Source: a virus (taxonomy: Duplodnaviria; Heunggongvirae; Uroviricota; Caudoviricetes). From it: a DNA stretch of 64,000 bases. The position numbers and the translations under genes are program-made. This document shows, piece after piece, positions 10,088 through 19,880 of this stretch; position 1 is the first letter of the stretch, and the number at the start of each line of letters is the position of its first letter. The stretch lies in the IMG/VR virus record IMGVR_UViG_3300042922_001018. One strand, given 5' to 3'. A model generated the notes under the pieces. It had not been told where the DNA came from and made no database searches. It worked only from the letters and a program-made list of their open reading frames with translations.

Positions 10088-11800
10088 ATGACGAACCCCG
10101 CACCAGCCACCGGACTCCAGCGCCTCAAAGTGACCGCGCCGAATGGCATCAGCCTGGGCAACAAGTCCCAGATTGACAAGCTCATCGGAGTCGTGGAGAA
10201 GACGCATGGAACGGGCTGGCGCCTCGCATCGGTAGACGAGGAGAACCGCCAGCTCCACCTTACGCGTGTCTCCGAAGTGGTCAACCTGAAGAAGTCCGAG
10301 ACTCGCAAGGACGCCTTCGATGTGTCCCTGCCCCGTGAGTACAAGGCATCCGATGCCGAACGTGCCGCGGCCGAGCTGGAATCGAATCCCGACTACGCAG
10401 GGTATGTCATGACGGACTTCAACCCATTCCTTCACGTGGCTACTCTCACCCGTCTCTCGAAGGAAGAAATCGTCGCGCGCGGCTACCTTGCGCAGACGCT
10501 CGGCGTCAAGCCGTGGGACATCCAGGTGCAGTCCACCGCAGTAGGTGGATACGCGGTCAAGCTGCCTCGCCAGTACGTCCCGGCGAAGCATGACGACAAG
10601 CTCACTGAGGTCGTCGAGACAGCCGTCGGTGCGCCCGGCTGGTACATCCAGTTCAACCCGAAGGAACGCACCGCGGAAATCATCCCCGGCGACCTTCCGA
10701 CGTTCCCGGCCATGATTCCCTTCCCGCTCGCGAAGGCTCTGAAGTCTGGGGACAACGTATTGCAGTTCGGCGAGCGCCTCGGCCCGAACTCGAACTCGCC
10801 CGGTGGCCCCGCCATCATCGACTTCGACAGCGCGGCCCACAGTCTCCTCTCCGGTACATCCGGCTCGGGTAAGACGGTGACCATCAACGGCATGATTACG
10901 TGGCAGCTCCTCACCGGCCACGAACTCGTTGTCATCGACTTGCCGCACAAGGCGGTGGACTTCACGTGGTGCCGCGAGTTCGTACGCGACGGCGGCTGGG
11001 GCTGTGACTCGCTGGAAGCCAGCGTGGCAGCTCTGGAAATGGTGTACCGCGAGGGCATGGAGCGCGCGAAGATTCTGAAGGAACACGATGTCACGAAGGT
11101 GGATGAGCTGCCGAAGCACCTTCGGATGAAGCCCATCTTCGTCGTCGTGGACGAGCTGAGCGGTCTGCTCATCCTTGAAGAGGTGCCGAAGGGTCTCGCG
11201 AAGGACAACCCGATGGTGCTGGAAGCGAACCGTATCAACCTGCTGAAGCAGACGCTCCTGAACCGCATCAAGAAGATTGCGGCCGAGCTGCGATTCGTGA
11301 AGATTCGCCTCCTGCTCTCATCCCAGGTCTCCTCGACCGATACGGGCGTCCCCACATCCCTGCGCATGAACCTGGCGAACAAGATGCTTCAGGGCACGAA
11401 CCCGACGGACAACAACCGTCGCCTCGCGCTCTCTGACGCTCTCTCCGTACCGAAGGTGCCGACCCACGTCCGTGAAGACCCGAAGGCCGGTAAGGGTGTC
11501 GGTGTGGCCGAGCTGGAGGGTCAGACGCCTGCGGTGTACAAGGGCTACTACGCTCCTGTCTCCGAGTACAAGAAGGCTATCGAAGCGCGCGGCTGCAAGA
11601 AGACGATGCGCCCTGCTCCGACTCCGGAAGAGATTGCTCGCTTCACGCCGAGCATCGACGAGGAAGACGCGGCGAAGGGCTTCGGACGCCAGAAGCGCAC
11701 GCTAGAGCCGTGGGAGATGGACGCGGACGGCAGGCCGTTGTCCGGCTTCGAGCGCGCGAACGCAGCGAAGCACGCCGCGACGGTCGGCGCCCGCGGCTGA
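10088..11800 (+). CDS. FtsK/SpoIIIE-domain ATPase
   Basis: Walker A GTSGSGKT, Walker B VVVDE, REGMERAKIL helix, SSQ motif. Confidence 0.85.
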   Translation: MTNPAPATGLQRLKVTAPNGISLGNKSQIDKLIGVVEKTHGTGWRLASVDEENRQLHLTRVSEVVNLKKSETRKDAFDVSLPREYKASDAERAAAELESNPDYAGYVMTDFNPFLHVATLTRLSKEEIVARGYLAQTLGVKPWDIQVQSTAVGGYAVKLPRQYVPAKHDDKLTEVVETAVGAPGWYIQFNPKERTAEIIPGDLPTFPAMIPFPLAKALKSGDNVLQFGERLGPNSNSPGGPAIIDFDSAAHSLLSGTSGSGKTVTINGMITWQLLTGHELVVIDLPHKAVDFTWCREFVRDGGWGCDSLEASVAALEMVYREGMERAKILKEHDVTKVDELPKHLRMKPIFVVVDELSGLLILEEVPKGLAKDNPMVLEANRINLLKQTLLNRIKKIAAELRFVKIRLLLSSQVSSTDTGVPTSLRMNLANKMLQGTNPTDNNRRLALSDALSVPKVPTHVREDPKAGKGVGVAELEGQTPAVYKGYYAPVSEYKKAIEARGCKKTMRPAPTPEEIARFTPSIDEEDAAKGFGRQKRTLEPWEMDADGRPLSGFERANAAKHAATVGARG

Positions 11801-11846
11801 AGCTCCGCTATGGATGGGTAGCGACTCCCCGTGGTACCATGTTGGG

Positions 11847-12311
11847 ATGAGCAACCGTGACTTGTACTACGCCTCCGGCAGACAGCCTGTCCGTCTCCTC
11901 TTCGTTCTCATCCCGCTTCTTTTCGTTGGTGGCGGCGGGTTCATTCTCGGCGCTGGAGGCCTCCTCGCTTACCTCACCGGGGCAGGAAATCCGCTCGCAC
12001 CTTTCATTGTGCTACTCGTCGTCAGCGCAATCGCTGCTGTAGGCGCGGTCCTGACGCTGCGGAGGGTCCGGCGGTACCACCAGGCCTCGGAGGCCGCTCT
12101 CACGGCGTTTGCGGCAGAAGCCGGAGTCGTAGACCCGAACGGCGTATTGAAGCTCTCGACGGTTGTCCCCGAAGGCTATGAGCACCGCTTCGGCGGGGGT
12201 TCTGTTCTCCTCAACGGGCAACCCGTTATGGCAGAGTTGGTCTCCACGCGCGAGCGTATCGAGCTTCGAGTAGGGAACGGCTCACCGGCCGTCATCGCGG
12301 CGTTGGTCTGA
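11847..12311 (+). CDS. Hypothetical membrane protein
   Basis: Two hydrophobic segments; TACCAT-N6-ATG. Confidence 0.65.
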   Translation: MSNRDLYYASGRQPVRLLFVLIPLLFVGGGGFILGAGGLLAYLTGAGNPLAPFIVLLVVSAIAAVGAVLTLRRVRRYHQASEAALTAFAAEAGVVDPNGVLKLSTVVPEGYEHRFGGGSVLLNGQPVMAELVSTRERIELRVGNGSPAVIAALV

Positions 12312-12318
12312 GCGCGGC

Positions 12319-13083
12319 TCAGTCGATACGACGGTAGACGGTCTCGACGCCGTATTCAGACTTCGAGCTGATGACGATGTCGCCGCCACGGTCGAAGACT
12401 TCGTCGTCCGGGGTGATGGTCGCCTCGGAGCCGCTGTCCCACTTGATACGACCGTTCTTCGAAGAGACAACAGTACGGTCGTCCGCCATGCGAGCGGAGA
12501 CGCCACCGTTACGGTAGGTCTGTGTCGCCACGTCGTACCCAGCCTGTGAGACGACAGCGAACTTGGCACCCGGTTCGAAGCGACGGCCAGCTTCCGCCTT
12601 CGAGAGTGGCTTGTCGATGCGCTCGCGGTAGACGTAGTGGCTCGCGTCGGAGTAAAGCACGATGAGCGGGAGGTCAAGGCGCGCGGTCTTGAAGCCCTGA
12701 CTGGTCACCCAGTCGCCGTAGTTGAGGTCGTTCCACAGCTCTCCCGCAGGAATCGGCTCACCGATGTGCTCACCGCGCGCATTCAGCTCGGTCCAGTTCT
12801 CGTTGTCGAACTTCTGGTATCGGACCGGCTTCGGGTTCTCCACCTTGGGGTCAACGACGGTCAGGACAGAGGTACGAGGCGCGTCGAAAAACTCATCGTC
12901 GTCCGCTGGCTGAAGCGGAAGATACGGCCGCATCGGGCGGTCCCCACGGTCGAGGTCATTGTCCCAGCGGCTTGAAGCCCACGGGTTACCTGATGCGGCA
13001 AGGCTCACTTCAGGGGTGCCGCCAACCTTCTCCGAGAAGCGTCCAGCGTTATCTCGGGATACGTCCAGCTCATTGAAAGTCAT
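12319..13083 (-). CDS. Tagged-family protein
   Basis: MTFNELDVSRDNAGRFSEKVGGTPEVSL. Confidence 0.85.
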   Translation of the reverse strand: MTFNELDVSRDNAGRFSEKVGGTPEVSLAASGNPWASSRWDNDLDRGDRPMRPYLPLQPADDDEFFDAPRTSVLTVVDPKVENPKPVRYQKFDNENWTELNARGEHIGEPIPAGELWNDLNYGDWVTSQGFKTARLDLPLIVLYSDASHYVYRERIDKPLSKAEAGRRFEPGAKFAVVSQAGYDVATQTYRNGGVSARMADDRTVVSSKNGRIKWDSGSEATITPDDEVFDRGGDIVISSKSEYGVETVYRRID

Positions 13084-13090
13084 GCCCGCA

Positions 13091-13099
13091 TGTAGGCGG
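13091..13099 (-). promoter_or_regulatory. CCGCCTACA box
   Basis: Minus strand ccgcctaca-tgcgggc-ATG(13083). Confidence 0.75.
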
Positions 13100-13204
13100 C
13101 TACAGCCCCGCCAACACTATCTCACAACCGCCTTCGAAGAGGCTCCTGGACCTCGTTCACCTTCGGGAACCCTCTTTAGTAGGCTCAGGGAGAGAGGACA
13201 CGAA

Positions 13205-13756
13205 ATGGCATCAGTTCTAGTAGAAGACCGGGTTGGGCTTGACCCCACCGGCAACGAGTATGTCGCGGAGTACGCCGAGGTACCCCAGCGTGAGGACGGG
13301 TCGAAGTACCCATTCGCGCTCATCGCTCCGACCACACCAGGCACCGTATTTTCCGACTCCCTGACCGAACTCGTCGAAGGCATTATCGACGGGTACGACG
13401 AAGCGGAAGACGATGACGATGCCCTGTGGATGCGAGTCAACCACCTCGCTACCCTCGCGTGGCAGGCCCAGGCATCCACGCTCCTCCATGAAGGAGACCG
13501 AGCAGATTCTCCTGTTCGCTTCTTCGACGAGGACACCATCACGGCGGTCTTCGCGGACAAGCTCGACATCCTCGACTTCGAGGAGTGGGCGGTCCAGTAC
13601 CCGCTCTTCCTCCTCACGACTTCCTATGCTCCGTACACTCAGGCTCCGCGCCCGAAGGGCGAGTGGATTGTCTGGCTCGACCCGTACACCGAGCGGACGT
13701 ACCTCGAAGCTCTGGCGCACCTCGGTTACTGCGAAGTCGTCGTCCTCGAAAACTGA
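13205..13756 (+). CDS. Hypothetical acidic protein
   Basis: MASVLVEDRV start with ggagagagga SD; typical codon bias. Confidence 0.7.
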   Translation: MASVLVEDRVGLDPTGNEYVAEYAEVPQREDGSKYPFALIAPTTPGTVFSDSLTELVEGIIDGYDEAEDDDDALWMRVNHLATLAWQAQASTLLHEGDRADSPVRFFDEDTITAVFADKLDILDFEEWAVQYPLFLLTTSYAPYTQAPRPKGEWIVWLDPYTERTYLEALAHLGYCEVVVLEN

Positions 13757-13792
13757 CTTGTCGTACGGGGCGACGCCTGGTAGCCTTGCCCC

Positions 13793-14182
13793 GTGAGCTT
13801 CCTGTGGCTGCAAGTCCGTCTCGTGGACATCTTGACATTCAAGCTGTCCAACGCGCGCTGCGCCTACGTTCACCGGCAAATCGTTGAGAACCAGCCAGGT
13901 GGCTGGTGGGTCGTAGATACCATCGGCTTCAAGAAGGAGGCTCGCTTCCTGCGGGCCTTGGACCGAGAAGCCCTCGACTCGTACGCCGCTGCCGGGGCTA
14001 TCATCGCGTCTCGGTTGCCGTTCACGGCTGATGGCGCGTCCCTCGGCCGCTCGCTCAGAGCCATCCATGCATCCGGGTCATCTATCAGCGCAGGGCTAGA
14101 AGTCTTCCGGGTTCTCAGCCCAGAGAAAGCATGCGCTGTCCTCGAAGATGGTGTGCCCCTCGAATACATCCACGCGTTCTGA
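13793..14182 (+). CDS. GxPxEY-tail family protein
   Basis: Ends EDGVPLEYIHAF. Confidence 0.65.
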   Translation: MSFLWLQVRLVDILTFKLSNARCAYVHRQIVENQPGGWWVVDTIGFKKEARFLRALDREALDSYAAAGAIIASRLPFTADGASLGRSLRAIHASGSSISAGLEVFRVLSPEKACAVLEDGVPLEYIHAF

Positions 14183-14231
14183 CTGGACACCCTTCCGCTC
14201 GCGTGGTACTGTGGCATCGAATGGAGGCGCG

Positions 14232-15005
14232 ATGACTGACTACGCGAAGGTGTACGGGTACGACCCGCACACGTCCAGCAAGGTAATGCCTGTCGCGCTG
14301 GCATCCATCATCGTTGCGGTTATCAGTCTGTGCGTAACCGCTGTCGCGTTCGCCAATGCGGAGGCTGTTGGTGCGCTCACCGCCCCCATCGCCGTCACCG
14401 CGTTCGTATTCGCATTGCAGGCTGACAACATCGACCCCATCGGCCGAACCCTGGCGTACCGCATCCCGCTCCGATACCGCGAAGTCGTGCGGAAGGGATA
14501 CAACTACGGGTGGCGAGACCACTTCAAAACGAGTCCGCGCGCTGCCGTGTTCGCGAAGTCGATGATTGTCGCCGACCACGCTGAGTTCACCATCAACAGC
14601 GAGAAGACAGGTGGAGGCGGGAGGACGAGCGCTGCTGGCGTACGGTTCTGGGGCTTCTTCCACGACGACAACGAGCGAGAACTCAACCCGTTCTTCGCAT
14701 CCTGGAAGGCAGCTCGCTCCCTTGACGCGGACGAAATCCCCTGGGACGAGATGCCGAAGCTCTTGGCGTTCGCTGCCGACGCGAGTCGCTTTATCGCTTC
14801 CCGTGACCCCGAGGATGCTCGGACCCTCACGGAAATCACTCTTGCATGGCACAAGTCGGGAATGTCCGCAGAAGACGCTCTCGGCATCATCGACCGCTAC
14901 CCTCTCGCACTGGCAAAGATGCTTCTCGCGGGTGTTCCTCTAGAGTACGCTATGACGCTCACGGACACCGTCCCTGGGGTAACCGGCATCGACAACCTAT
15001 GGTAG
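14232..15005 (+). CDS. GxPxEY-tail family protein with N-terminal TM segments
   Basis: SD ggagg; LAGVPLEYAMTL near the C-terminus. Confidence 0.7.
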   Translation: MTDYAKVYGYDPHTSSKVMPVALASIIVAVISLCVTAVAFANAEAVGALTAPIAVTAFVFALQADNIDPIGRTLAYRIPLRYREVVRKGYNYGWRDHFKTSPRAAVFAKSMIVADHAEFTINSEKTGGGGRTSAAGVRFWGFFHDDNERELNPFFASWKAARSLDADEIPWDEMPKLLAFAADASRFIASRDPEDARTLTEITLAWHKSGMSAEDALGIIDRYPLALAKMLLAGVPLEYAMTLTDTVPGVTGIDNLW

Positions 15006-15014
15006 GCTAGTACA

Positions 15015-17288
15015 GTGACAGACGATACGGAACGCGAAGAACAGACTGACGCCCACTTCACCATCGAACTCCTGGCGCGAGCGGTCCAGCTTGCGACAGG
15101 CAACGACGACGCTGGACCTCGTGAGGGCCAGGCGGCGTTCACGAAGAACGTGGCGAACGCCATGACTCTCGGCGGTGAAGGCGAAGTCGTCGGCATCATG
15201 CCGACCGGTACGGGTAAGTCGTTCGCCGCCCTCTCGACGGCAGCGGCACGTGCCGTGCGTCACCGCGAGCGTTCCGTCATCTCCACCGAGTCGCTTTCGC
15301 TCCAGGCCCAGTACGCGGAGAAGGACGCTCCGACCATGCAGGCGGCGGTCCTCGACCTCACCGGCTACGAACTCGACGTGGCCGTGATGAAGGGCTTCTC
15401 GAACTACGTCTGCGGACAGCGCGCCGCTATGAGTGCCAAAGCCGCCCTCAGCCTGGACAGTGCGCCGGTCACGGCGAAGCAGCTTCGCGACGCCGCAGAG
15501 CGCCTCTTCAAGGGCGAAGGTACGCCCGCCCCTCTCATGGAAGAACTCGGCGCCGACGGCGATACAGTTCTGCCGCTGGTGGAGTGGGCGCTCGGGCAGC
15601 ACTTCGGTCCTGAGACGGAAGAGGTCGGTGACCGCTTCTCGTACGAGGGCAAGATGACCGGCCGCGACTGGAATGCCGTCAGCATTTCGTCTGCGGACTG
15701 CATCGGCAAGGAGTGCCCGCTTCGTGATGTCTGCAAGGTCGTCAAGTCTCGTGAGCACGCGCGCAACGCCGACATCGTCATCACGAACCACTCGATTCTC
15801 GCCGTCCAGGCTGCGAACAACATCCCAGTTCTCATTGGCAACCCGAACCTGAAGCGTGAGAGCGACGAGGAGGGCTTCAAGCACCTCATCGTGGACGAGG
15901 CGCACACGCTCCCTGGCCAGGTCCGCGCGCAGGGTTCCAACGAACTCTCCGGCGGCAAGGTCATCAGCGCGGCCCGTGCGGTCAGTCGAGTCATCGACGA
16001 CGCGGCCTGGGTGAAGCGTGGTGAGCAGCTCGCCGAACTGGTCGAGCAGCAGATTTCGCAGCTCTCGGGCGGCAAGGACGAGCGCAAGCTGGTCGTCGAA
16101 GATGACCCGATGCTGGCCCCGCTCGCTGGCGCCGCGAAGGCGTGGGCGAAGGAGGGAACGTCGTTCCTGAAGATTGCCACGACCTCGTCGGTTCCTGAGG
16201 TGCGCATCCGTGCGAACCGTGCGAACAACGCACTGACGATGCTGGTCGCTGCGGCGGAGAACATCGCGGAGTACAAGGCGGGGGTCGCTCGCTGGATTGA
16301 GCGTCCGTCGTACGGCGGACCGAAGCGTGGCGCTCAGTGGCACGTTGCTCACGCCTCCCCTGTCGATGTCTCGAACGCCATCAAGAACTCGCTCTGGAAC
16401 ACCCCGGTTCGACCCGACAAGGATGGCGTCTTCCCGGATGCTGACCCCATCACCGGCATCGTGATGAGCGCTACGCTCCCGTCACGCTTCGGTATGCAGG
16501 TCGGCATGGAAGTCCAGGAGAAGGACTACCCGAGTCCGTTCGACACGGCATACGGTTCGTCCGTCCTCTACATCCCCCGCGCAGACAACCCGGTGGACAT
16601 CGGAGAACTCGGCGCGCCGAACCGTTGGAGTGGTAAGACCACTTTCGACACGAAGAAGCACGCCCTCTGGGCCGCTGAGCACATCGTCGAGCTGTGCCAG
16701 GCGAACGGTGGTGCCGCGCTCGTCATCGGTGCAACAGGCGACAACGCTCGCCTGTACGCGGACATGCTGCGCATGAAGACGAACCTTCGGGTACTCTCCC
16801 AGTGGGACGGTGAAGGTCTTCGTCAGCTCATGGACGAATGGCGCGAAGATGAGAACTCGGTTCTCGTTGGAACCCGTTCGCTCATGACGGGTGTGGACGC
16901 ACCGGGCCAGACCTGTTCCCTGGTCATCCTGGACCGTCCGCCGCGCTCGGCCGGTAACCCGGTGGACGACGCTCGTGTGGACGCGCTCACTCAGCGCCTC
17001 GGTGACAAGTGGGCGGCAGACCGTTACGTCTACGTCGCGGATGCCACCGCCCTCACTGAGCAGGCCGCTGGTCGTCTCATCCGTTCGGTCAGCGACCACG
17101 GCATGTTCGCGCTCCTGGACCCGCGGCTGCTGAAGGTCGGCACCTACAAGTACCCGGCCCCGACCCGCGACCTCTACATGAAGTCAGTTCGCCGGTTCGA
17201 CAACAAGATGGCGGGCAAGGAAGAGTCGCGTGCATGGCTTCGCGCTCAGCAGGCGTCGCGGATGACGGACAACTCCGACGCCCTCTAA
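15015..17288 (+). CDS. dinG: DinG/YoaA-family ATP-dependent DNA helicase
   Basis: Q motif REGQ, PTGTGKS, KGFSNYVC and further Cys (FeS), ITNH, DEAH, SAT, GVD, QAAGRLIR. Confidence 0.92.
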   Translation: MTDDTEREEQTDAHFTIELLARAVQLATGNDDAGPREGQAAFTKNVANAMTLGGEGEVVGIMPTGTGKSFAALSTAAARAVRHRERSVISTESLSLQAQYAEKDAPTMQAAVLDLTGYELDVAVMKGFSNYVCGQRAAMSAKAALSLDSAPVTAKQLRDAAERLFKGEGTPAPLMEELGADGDTVLPLVEWALGQHFGPETEEVGDRFSYEGKMTGRDWNAVSISSADCIGKECPLRDVCKVVKSREHARNADIVITNHSILAVQAANNIPVLIGNPNLKRESDEEGFKHLIVDEAHTLPGQVRAQGSNELSGGKVISAARAVSRVIDDAAWVKRGEQLAELVEQQISQLSGGKDERKLVVEDDPMLAPLAGAAKAWAKEGTSFLKIATTSSVPEVRIRANRANNALTMLVAAAENIAEYKAGVARWIERPSYGGPKRGAQWHVAHASPVDVSNAIKNSLWNTPVRPDKDGVFPDADPITGIVMSATLPSRFGMQVGMEVQEKDYPSPFDTAYGSSVLYIPRADNPVDIGELGAPNRWSGKTTFDTKKHALWAAEHIVELCQANGGAALVIGATGDNARLYADMLRMKTNLRVLSQWDGEGLRQLMDEWREDENSVLVGTRSLMTGVDAPGQTCSLVILDRPPRSAGNPVDDARVDALTQRLGDKWAADRYVYVADATALTEQAAGRLIRSVSDHGMFALLDPRLLKVGTYKYPAPTRDLYMKSVRRFDNKMAGKEESRAWLRAQQASRMTDNSDAL

Positions 17289-17290
17289 GC

Positions 17291-17335
17291 AACGCGAGAG
17301 CCGCCCCGAAACCTTCTCGGGGCGGCTCTCGCGTT
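17291..17335. terminator. Bidirectional stem-loop between convergent genes
   Basis: aacgcgagagccgccccga / tcggggcggctctcgcgtt. Confidence 0.85.
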
Positions 17336-17337
17336 CT

Positions 17338-17700
17338 CTAGTTGAGGACTTGCGTGCTGAGGGTGTAATCGGAAGCCGTGGCGTTCAGCATCACGGTCGC
17401 CTCCACGTCATACTCGGTGCCGTCATCCTCGAACGAGCACGTGATGACCTTGCCATCCGACAGGTCGAGAGCGGCATCGCCGCAGTCGATGTCCGGGCGG
17501 GAGCTTGCGTTCGCTTCCACCGCGTCAGCGACGCGAGCCGCGAACGATTCAGCGGATACCGGCAGCGTGGCACCTTCCTCGAACTCGACGTACTCCTCGG
17601 TGGGAGCTGCCGAGGTTGGCGCCGGAGCGTTGCCACCTGAGCAACCGGCCATGAACATGACGGCAAGGACGATGGGGGCGAGAGCCGCTACTTTACGCAT
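17338..17700 (-). CDS. Lipoprotein (DUF4333-like)
   Basis: MRKVAALAPIVLAVMFMAGC lipobox; IDC...ITC pattern. Confidence 0.7.
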   Translation of the reverse strand: MRKVAALAPIVLAVMFMAGCSGGNAPAPTSAAPTEEYVEFEEGATLPVSAESFAARVADAVEANASSRPDIDCGDAALDLSDGKVITCSFEDDGTEYDVEATVMLNATASDYTLSTQVLN

Positions 17701-17740
17701 AGGCCTAGCATACCGCAGAATCGCCGTGTAGACTAGTCGC

Positions 17741-18076
17741 ATGCCGAACGATGTCATGACGCTGGTCTACCGCTTGTACGCGGCCGACGGCGCCCTGCTG
17801 TATGTCGGCATCACGGAAGAGCTGGACAAGCGCTTCCTGCGCCATTCTGCGCGCCTCTGGTGGCCGGAGGTAGCGTCGGTGCTCCTGGAGGCGTACGAGA
17901 CGCGTAGAGACGCCCTGAGGGTCGAGTCGTGGGCGATTTACACCGAAGGCCCGGTGCACAACCGACTCCGGCCGGATGCTGATGAAGATGAACTGCCGCA
18001 GCCTTTGAGCAGTGTCATCTCCGGCATCGAAGCTTTCACGCCGCGTCCGCGCCCGAGATTGCGAGGCCGGAGATGA
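17741..18076 (+). CDS. GIY-YIG nuclease family protein
   Basis: LVYRLY...LYVGIT...R...E...P.HN. Confidence 0.8.
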   Translation: MPNDVMTLVYRLYAADGALLYVGITEELDKRFLRHSARLWWPEVASVLLEAYETRRDALRVESWAIYTEGPVHNRLRPDADEDELPQPLSSVISGIEAFTPRPRPRLRGRR

Positions 18077-18948
18077 GCGTCCAGTACACCGAGGCCGACT
18101 ACCACGTTGGCCATCCGGTACTGAAGCGCCAGCTCGCGCGCTGGCAGGTCAAGCCGTACCCGAACGACAGTGACCCTCGCCCGCTGCCTACACATGAGGC
18201 GATGCAAGACCACTTCGAGACGCCCGAAGAACTCGTGACCTACATCGGGATGATACTGGCGGATGTCCCGCACAACGACATCCTGGATGATTTCATGCGC
18301 GGCGAAGCTCGGCCTTACTACACTCGCGGCGAGTACATCGTAGACGCGATGCACCTCGTGACGTTGCTCTCAGCTCAGTTTGAGGAGCGGCCGGTGGAGA
18401 GCGACGAATGGAAGACGCTTCTTGCCAGCGCGTTGCGCGCAGTTCGCCGCTTCGGCCCGGCGCCGTCGAACAAGCAGTTGAGTCAGACCATCAAGAGCCT
18501 ACGCCGTTACCCGGTGGTGGACACGGGAGCGTTACTCGGCCGTCATACTCACCACGAAACGGGAAGTCCGACTCGACGAGAGTCGTACCGTGCCAAGGCT
18601 CTCATCGAGTCGGGATATGCGCTGCAAACGGGCGTAGCCTTCGACTACCTGGACCGGCTGGCGGGCGCTTCACTCCCGCTATTCGGCAACAGTCTGCGTT
18701 TTGTGATTCATGCGGCGGAATGGGAGGATGCAGGCGTGGACCCCGAGTACGCGGGTTCGCTGGCTCGACCGTTGGAAGTAGCGGATGGCCTAGGACCGCT
18801 GACTGAAGGCGTCATCGTCCTGCATCAAGGTGGCGTGCCCGCCGAGTATGCGCGCACGTGCGCGCTGCATCAGATGTCAGCAGCGAGCATCGTCGCAGCC
18901 TGGAAGAACAACCTGGCGCCGGAGTACGCGGTCAGCTTCCTGTCCTGA
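18073..18948 (+). CDS. GxPxEY-repeat family protein
   Basis: GVDPEY, GVPAEY, NLAPEY. Confidence 0.75.
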   Translation: MSVQYTEADYHVGHPVLKRQLARWQVKPYPNDSDPRPLPTHEAMQDHFETPEELVTYIGMILADVPHNDILDDFMRGEARPYYTRGEYIVDAMHLVTLLSAQFEERPVESDEWKTLLASALRAVRRFGPAPSNKQLSQTIKSLRRYPVVDTGALLGRHTHHETGSPTRRESYRAKALIESGYALQTGVAFDYLDRLAGASLPLFGNSLRFVIHAAEWEDAGVDPEYAGSLARPLEVADGLGPLTEGVIVLHQGGVPAEYARTCALHQMSAASIVAAWKNNLAPEYAVSFLS

Positions 18949-18953
18949 AACGA

Positions 18954-18993
18954 CTCTGCCGCCCGAGCCTGTGGAAGCACTCGGGCGGCAGAG
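18954..18993. terminator. Stem-loop between convergent genes
   Basis: ctctgccgcccgag / ctcgggcggcagag. Confidence 0.8.
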
Positions 18994-19009
18994 GGTCTGT
19001 GAAGGTCGG

Positions 19010-19411
19010 TTAGGCCGCAGCGTCCGACGAAGCATCAGCGGCCCGCGAGGGTTCCGCTTGTTCGCCGAAGTTGACTTGTACCTTCCGGGCCTTCGCCTTC
19101 TCGGAAGAAGGCAGCGTCACGGTGAGAACGCCAGCGTCGTAGGACGCGGTGACGGCATCGGGGTCTACGAAGTTTCCTACCTCGAAGACGAAGCTGTAGT
19201 TGCCGGGGACTCCCATGAGACCTCGAACTACACGCTCCATGCCTTCCGGGTTGAACGGTTCGCGTTCCGCCATGATGGAAAGCTTGCCGTTCTCCACCGA
19301 GGCGTCGATGGAGCCAGGACGTACGCCTGGCATGTCAACACGGATGACGAGCTTGTCGTCTCCGCGGTAGGCTTCGGTCGTGCCGAACAGCATGTCGAAA
19401 GGGTTTGCCAT
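19010..19411 (-). CDS. Hsp20/alpha-crystallin small heat-shock protein
   Basis: VDMPGV...IDASVENGKLSI...ASYDAGVLTVTLP. Confidence 0.92.
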   Translation of the reverse strand: MANPFDMLFGTTEAYRGDDKLVIRVDMPGVRPGSIDASVENGKLSIMAEREPFNPEGMERVVRGLMGVPGNYSFVFEVGNFVDPDAVTASYDAGVLTVTLPSSEKAKARKVQVNFGEQAEPSRAADASSDAAA

Positions 19412-19434
19412 GTTCTTCTCCTGTTCTGTTCACA

Positions 19435-19455
19435 GTTGAGCCGGGTTCGCTCAAC
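19435..19455. promoter_or_regulatory. HAIR-like inverted repeat (HspR operator)
   Basis: GTTGAGC-N7-GCTCAAC vs consensus CTTGAGT-N7-ACTCAAG, between the -10 (TACAAT, 19467-19472, minus) and the hsp20 start. Confidence 0.75.
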
Positions 19456-19481
19456 TTCCTTCTCCCATTGTACCACATGTG

Positions 19482-19508
19482 CTAGCAGTCGAGGCAGGAG
19501 AGTGCTAA
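19482..19508. promoter_or_regulatory. CIRCE-like element (HrcA operator)
   Basis: CTAGCAGTC-N9-GAGTGCTAA vs TTAGCACTC-N9-GAGTGCTAA (2 mismatches). Confidence 0.75.
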
Positions 19509-19880
19509 CGCGCCGGAGCTGAAAACCGGTCGTGGTAAGATGAAATACGGACAAGGAGGTTGCATGACTGTTCAAGTTACCCACCCACCCCTAGTCCGCG
19601 CCGTGCCGATTTCGATGCGAACGGTACGCCGCGCGAATCGCAGCTTCATGGGAGGCCGGTCTCCTCCGTGAGATGAACTGTTGAGTCTGCAACGTCTGGT
19701 AAGCGAGACGTATCTTCCCCTCATGGTCCCAACCGTAAACCACGTGCCATTTGAGTCGGGTGGACGACATCTGAGACGAACCCTTCGGACAGACCCACGG
19801 ACTGACTGACGCCCTCGCTGTGTATTCGCGGGGGCGTCGGCCTTGTTGCGGCAACCTGCGAGAGCTGGTACGCTTCACGC

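Noticed and set aside
19511-19880. Possible small ORFs or ncRNA between hsp20 and 19881
   Set aside because: Only short ambiguous ORFs and no recognisable RNA structure.
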